A stretch of 64,000 nt of DNA from Macrostomum lignano (taxonomy: Eukaryota): assembly GCA_002269645.1 (NCBI GenBank), contig NIVC01002442.1:109296-173295 (forward strand), read 5' to 3'. The notes under the pieces are model-generated. The model was given only the letters and a program-made list of their open reading frames with translations. It was not told where the DNA came from and searched no databases. The position numbers were made by a program, and so were the translations under genes. Below, in pieces: positions 60,301 to 64,000 of the stretch. Numbering within the stretch: the first letter of the stretch is position 1; each line of letters starts with the position of its first letter.

Positions 60301-60713
60301 GCCTGGCTTTCTGGTGGCGGCTCTGCTGGTTTTTCTACACTCCGCTGCTGCTGCTGCTGAGCTTGGTGGTCTTGGTCACGGACTCGGTGAAGTTCGCTTT
60401 ACCATCCTGGACTGGAAACCCGCTCAGCCCCGTGATGACCGGGCCGCTGCAGAACCTCAGCGAGAGTCAGCTGCACAGGTCGCTGGCAGAGTGGTGGCTG
60501 ATTGAGCTGATCAGAGGGCTGACGGTGTTGCCCGTCCCCCTGCTGGCGGTCTGGCACTGTCTGTCAGCCTCGAATGAGCAGCCAGCGAAGGAGCGCAAAA
60601 ATGCGGACCCCAGCAAGCCGAAGCCAAAGCCGACCAAACGACGTTTGGACCCCGTCTGGAAGGAGATTGCGGCGGAGCTAAGCCCGAGTGAAAAGGCTGC
60701 AAAGCAGAGCTGA
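54370..60713 (+). CDS. Divergent SLC6 (sodium:neurotransmitter symporter fold) protein, 4 exons, 698 aa
   Basis: Exons 54370-54736, 56198-56915, 57113-57693 and 60283-60713 total 2097 nt with all phases consistent. KYGGLSFSVAYFTVMAAFGLPTVILLAAVGQHS and WVDATMLVMWNTGCSTGELINLAKTN align to SLC6 TM2 and TM6. Confidence 0.8.
55100..55882. repeat. 18-22-bp intronic minisatellite (ggggttgtagcctagtga variants)
   Basis: Direct reading. Confidence 0.92.
56907..56993 (+). repeat. 4 x 24-bp repeat duplicating the SLC6 exon-2 end and donor
   Basis: GGT(C/A)ATGTG|GTGAG at 56907, 56931, 56955 and 56979. Confidence 0.9.
57745..60163. repeat. 41/45-bp intronic minisatellite (tagatacaagactgactctctcgagactgagcttgcatcattagt)
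   Basis: Direct reading; contains the palindrome TCTCGAGA. Confidence 0.95.
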
Positions 60714-61590
60714 ATGGAGCCAGCAGCTCCAACGTTTCAATAGTTAACAGTTTATTCATTCTACCCGAAATTGAATTGAAATTAATCAGTTTGGAGCATT
60801 CTAACACGGCAGAAATGAACTCACAGACCCGTTAGTCAATGCAGTTTTGAATCAAAATAGACAAAATACTTTGCGCTGCAGCTGCAGTTGTTTATTTATT
60901 TCTTAGCCTTCATTGCCTTTTCGAAAGAGGCAACTCGATTAATAATAAACTAGCTGACAGATTGCTGCTTGCACTGCCAGCATGGTGAACAAACAGGTTT
61001 TGAATTGGCTTTTGTAGCATCTGTGCTGTGGAGTCCCGGTGAACGCAGGTTTTTGGGGAATTTTTGAGACCTTCTCACAGCTCACGGTGTTGAGTCTTTC
61101 GTTAATGAGATAGTTATCAACGATTACTCTCTGAACAAAAATGTACAGTCAGAAGGAGATGCGTGCTCTGGATGGGCAGAATGCGGTCTTGGTGCGCAGA
61201 CGACTCAAATCTTCAATAAATGTTATTATTAAGAGCGTTCCTTGCTCAAAAAGACACCAGCTTAGGAAGTGCTTCGCTAATCTTGAGTAGTATAAATAAA
61301 GATTGATTACAATTAATAACAGACTGAAGGTGACAGAGTCACCAGCCAGGTGTGCTGATGCGGGTGCTGGAATGCAGTGTGGCAAGAGCAGTGATTGGAG
61401 ACTCCTTGCTGTCGGCTGGGGAATCTAGGGTGGGTGAGGCAAAAATAACTGACAATGTTTTTTAGCGCACACGTCAAGTAGATCATGAAGACTCTCTAGG
61501 AAATGTTTTGTTATTTCAGACGCAAAGCGCGAGCAAGTTTTCATGCCGGATCGGGAGTTTGAGCATCGCTTGTCGTCCGGCGTCCCGTCG

Positions 61591-63964
61591 TTAGTCGAGC
61601 AGCCGCTCCAGAATCTGCAGCGGGCAGTCCAGCTCGCGACCGTCCTTCAGCGTGATGGGCACGTAGTGCGGTGACTTTCTCTGCGACTGCTGCACCACAA
61701 TCTGGCCCCTGTACAGTTTCACAGTGCTGCCGCAGGCCGTGCTGGTGGTCAGCGGCCCGAGGACGCGCCAGATGATGTCGCCGTCGCGGATCTTCTGCAC
61801 GTAGGCGGCGGGGAAGAGGCCGATGCGGCCCATGCACTTGCCGCGCCACCAGTCCTGGTCCGCCATCTCGATGCAGCTGAGCTTGAAGCCGGCTCTGCGG
61901 AGCAATCAGTGACTGAAGAGTTATATTGATGATTCTGTTCCAAAAATGGAATCCAAATTTACTCACTTTAAGTCCATTTCGTCGCGGTGTCGAGCCTTGA
62001 AGTCGTACAAGACCACGAACAGATTTCCAGCTAGGCGGCTCTCGCGGAGCTGAAGCGGAGTGCAGACATTAAGACCTGAATTGACTTTCTCTGCTAAAGT
62101 ACTCACTCTGTGTGCATCAATCATCGCCGATCCAGGATGTGGGGAATGACAACCAATTAGGACTCACCATCTTGCGGCTTCTCTGCGGCAGCAGCTGGTG
62201 CTGGTGAACCTGTTGTTGAGGATGCTCCGACTTCGTCGGCTCCGTGTAGCCAGACGCGCCGTAGCGGCTGAGATCATCGGGCTCTGTTGAGTCGGACGGT
62301 AAGAGACACTGAACTGCTCGGGTGTATAGTAATACTCATGATGTGGCCTGCCAGCTGGAGTCACCGATCTCGAAGATAAAAGACAGCTCTCTTAAAACTT
62401 CCATTTCGTGCACTCACCTCGGGCAAATCCCTGGGCGTAGTTCGCTCCGCGGTCCCGCTCGCCCCAGTCGCTCGCTCTGTAGCCCCTGTCGGCTCCGCTG
62501 TACACCGCAGCTGCACTGCCGCCGCTGCTGCCGCTGCCAGCGCTTCCGTAGCCGCCCCCGCCCGCAGCCCCACGGTAAGCGGCGCTCGACCCGGGGCCCG
62601 CGCCCGCGGACTCGAATTCGTCAACCTCCAGGTTGTGCTTCGGATCCGGGGTGTCCAGGGAGAAACTCTTCATCTTCCACTGCAGTCGGCGCTTGCCGAT
62701 CTGCTTGGACATGTCTGCGGTGCACGGGGATTCGGGGGAATTGCGTGGAGTTTGCCCGGGGATCAAATTGTGAAGGAAATCGAGCGAAGGGGGAAACCGA
62801 GAATCATTCTGCTGACCCTGAGCACACAGGCACACGCTTGAGAACTTGTGAGACCACCTGCTCAGAACTGGAATCGGGCATAATGACTGCGAGCTGACCT
62901 TTGTCTCGGCTGGGGCTGCCGCGCTGCGGGCTCTTCTCTGGTGCCGGCCCGACTGCGGCCGGACCCGCCGCAGCGACAGACGCCGCCGCTGCCGCTGCCG
63001 TCGCGTAGCCCGGCGATCGTCGCGGCGACGTGTGCGGCGGCGAGGCCGTCGACTTTGACGAGTTGGACGACCCCCGGCCGGGAGAGCCACGACCCGGTGA
63101 GCCTCTTGGCGAGTGCCTGGGCGAGTGTCTTGGCGAGTGCTTAGGCGAGAGGCCCCGCCTGCCGAGGCTCTCCTCGCTGAACTCGACCCGGCGAATTCCG
63201 GTGTTTTCCTGCTCTACCGAGAAGCTCTTATTGCGGCCGAAGAGCTGCTTCTTGCGCTTCGGGCTCGGCGGAACTTAAAATGAAATTATGGAAAACAAAA
63301 TTTCAATTTTTGGTCAATGCGTTGGGGAAAAACTCAATGTTTAGCTGCTTGATAGCCTAAAACGTCTTGGAAGAGATCCTCCTACCCTTGCTGTACATTG
63401 GGACAGAGAAGCTCCTGCCCTAGCTGTACATTGGGGCAGAGAAACTCCTGTCCTAGTGTACATTGGGGCAGAGGAACTCCTGCCCTAGTGTACATTGGGG
63501 TAAAAAAACTCCTAAACGCGAGAAACTTTATTAGATTTCCGCACAGTTTCAAAAAGCGAATTTGGAACTCACCCTGGCTCTCAATAAAGTTCGTGTTAGT
63601 AAAAGACGAACTCTTCTTCTTGGTGTCATCGTCCAAACGGAGCATTTGCACCTGATCGGCCACCTGGTCCGGATTATCCACCGAGATGCTCTTCATCCGA
63701 GAGTCCAGCATCCGCCTGCCCGACTGCGCCGGCCACCCGACGCGCAGGCGGTTGCGGCTGCGCCCTGCTGGTCAGCGGCAGGTCTCGCGGCTTCTCCATC
63801 CGGTGCGGCTGCTGCGGCTCGCGGGGTGCTGCCGGTCGGCCTCGTCCATGCTGATGGACTTCATCCTGAAGGCGTTCATCATGGCCTTGCGCCGGGCCCA
63901 GCTGCCCGCGCTGGCGCCGGGGCTGGAGGCAGCGCCGACACCGTCGACTCGCGACGACCGCCTG
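61591..63964 (-). CDS. STAC-like SH3 adaptor, 3' exons (63964-63573, 63273-62899, 62714-62418, 62283-62168, 62049-61967, 61894-61591); 5' end lies outside the window
   Basis: NLFVVLYDFKARHRDEMDLKAGFKLSCIEMADQDWWRGKCMGRIGLFPAAYV is an SH3 domain, followed by a degenerate second SH3 as in STAC proteins; junction phases are consistent; in-frame TGA at 63774-63772; no C1 domain visible in the window. Confidence 0.75.
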
Positions 63965-64000
63965 CTACAAAAATTGAAAATTCAGCATCTCAGTGAGGCT

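Noticed and set aside
63772-63774. Selenocysteine recoding of the STAC-like TGA
   Set aside because: The codon is in a disordered region with no Cys-homolog context, and I could not identify a SECIS element downstream.

Overview
This is GC-rich metazoan genomic DNA. Coding exons are GC3-rich, and introns and intergenic gaps are largely filled by distinct mini- and microsatellites. That style is consistent with a Macrostomum-like flatworm, which is an inference and not shown by the sequence. Six protein-coding genes can be built by hand with GT-AG junctions. (1) The 3' part of TBL2 (+). (2) An intronless GPRIN-family (GRIN_C) gene (+). (3) An unrecognised two-exon protein of about 764 aa with repeated EEWTV motifs (+). 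(4) A 15-exon ARHGEF17-like RhoGEF (-) with one apparent 1-nt frameshift. (5) A four-exon, highly divergent SLC6 transporter (+, 698 aa). (6) The 3' part of a STAC-like SH3 adaptor (-) with an in-frame TGA. Non-genic features include a 9.5 kb 40-bp satellite with higher-order structure, a microsatellite-bounded tandem duplication, an inverted pair of tRNA-derived SINEs and a decayed P-element/THAP9-like transposase. Two observations stand out. First, several tandem arrays are built from splicing signals: multiplied true donor sites, CAG|GTGAG arrays and branch-point arrays. Second, a chimeric locus next to the transposase remnant joins a copied ARHGEF17 exon end and donor, through a (GTCT)n intron, in frame to a foreign terminal exon. 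Most long ORFs in the supplied track are artefacts of tandem repeats.
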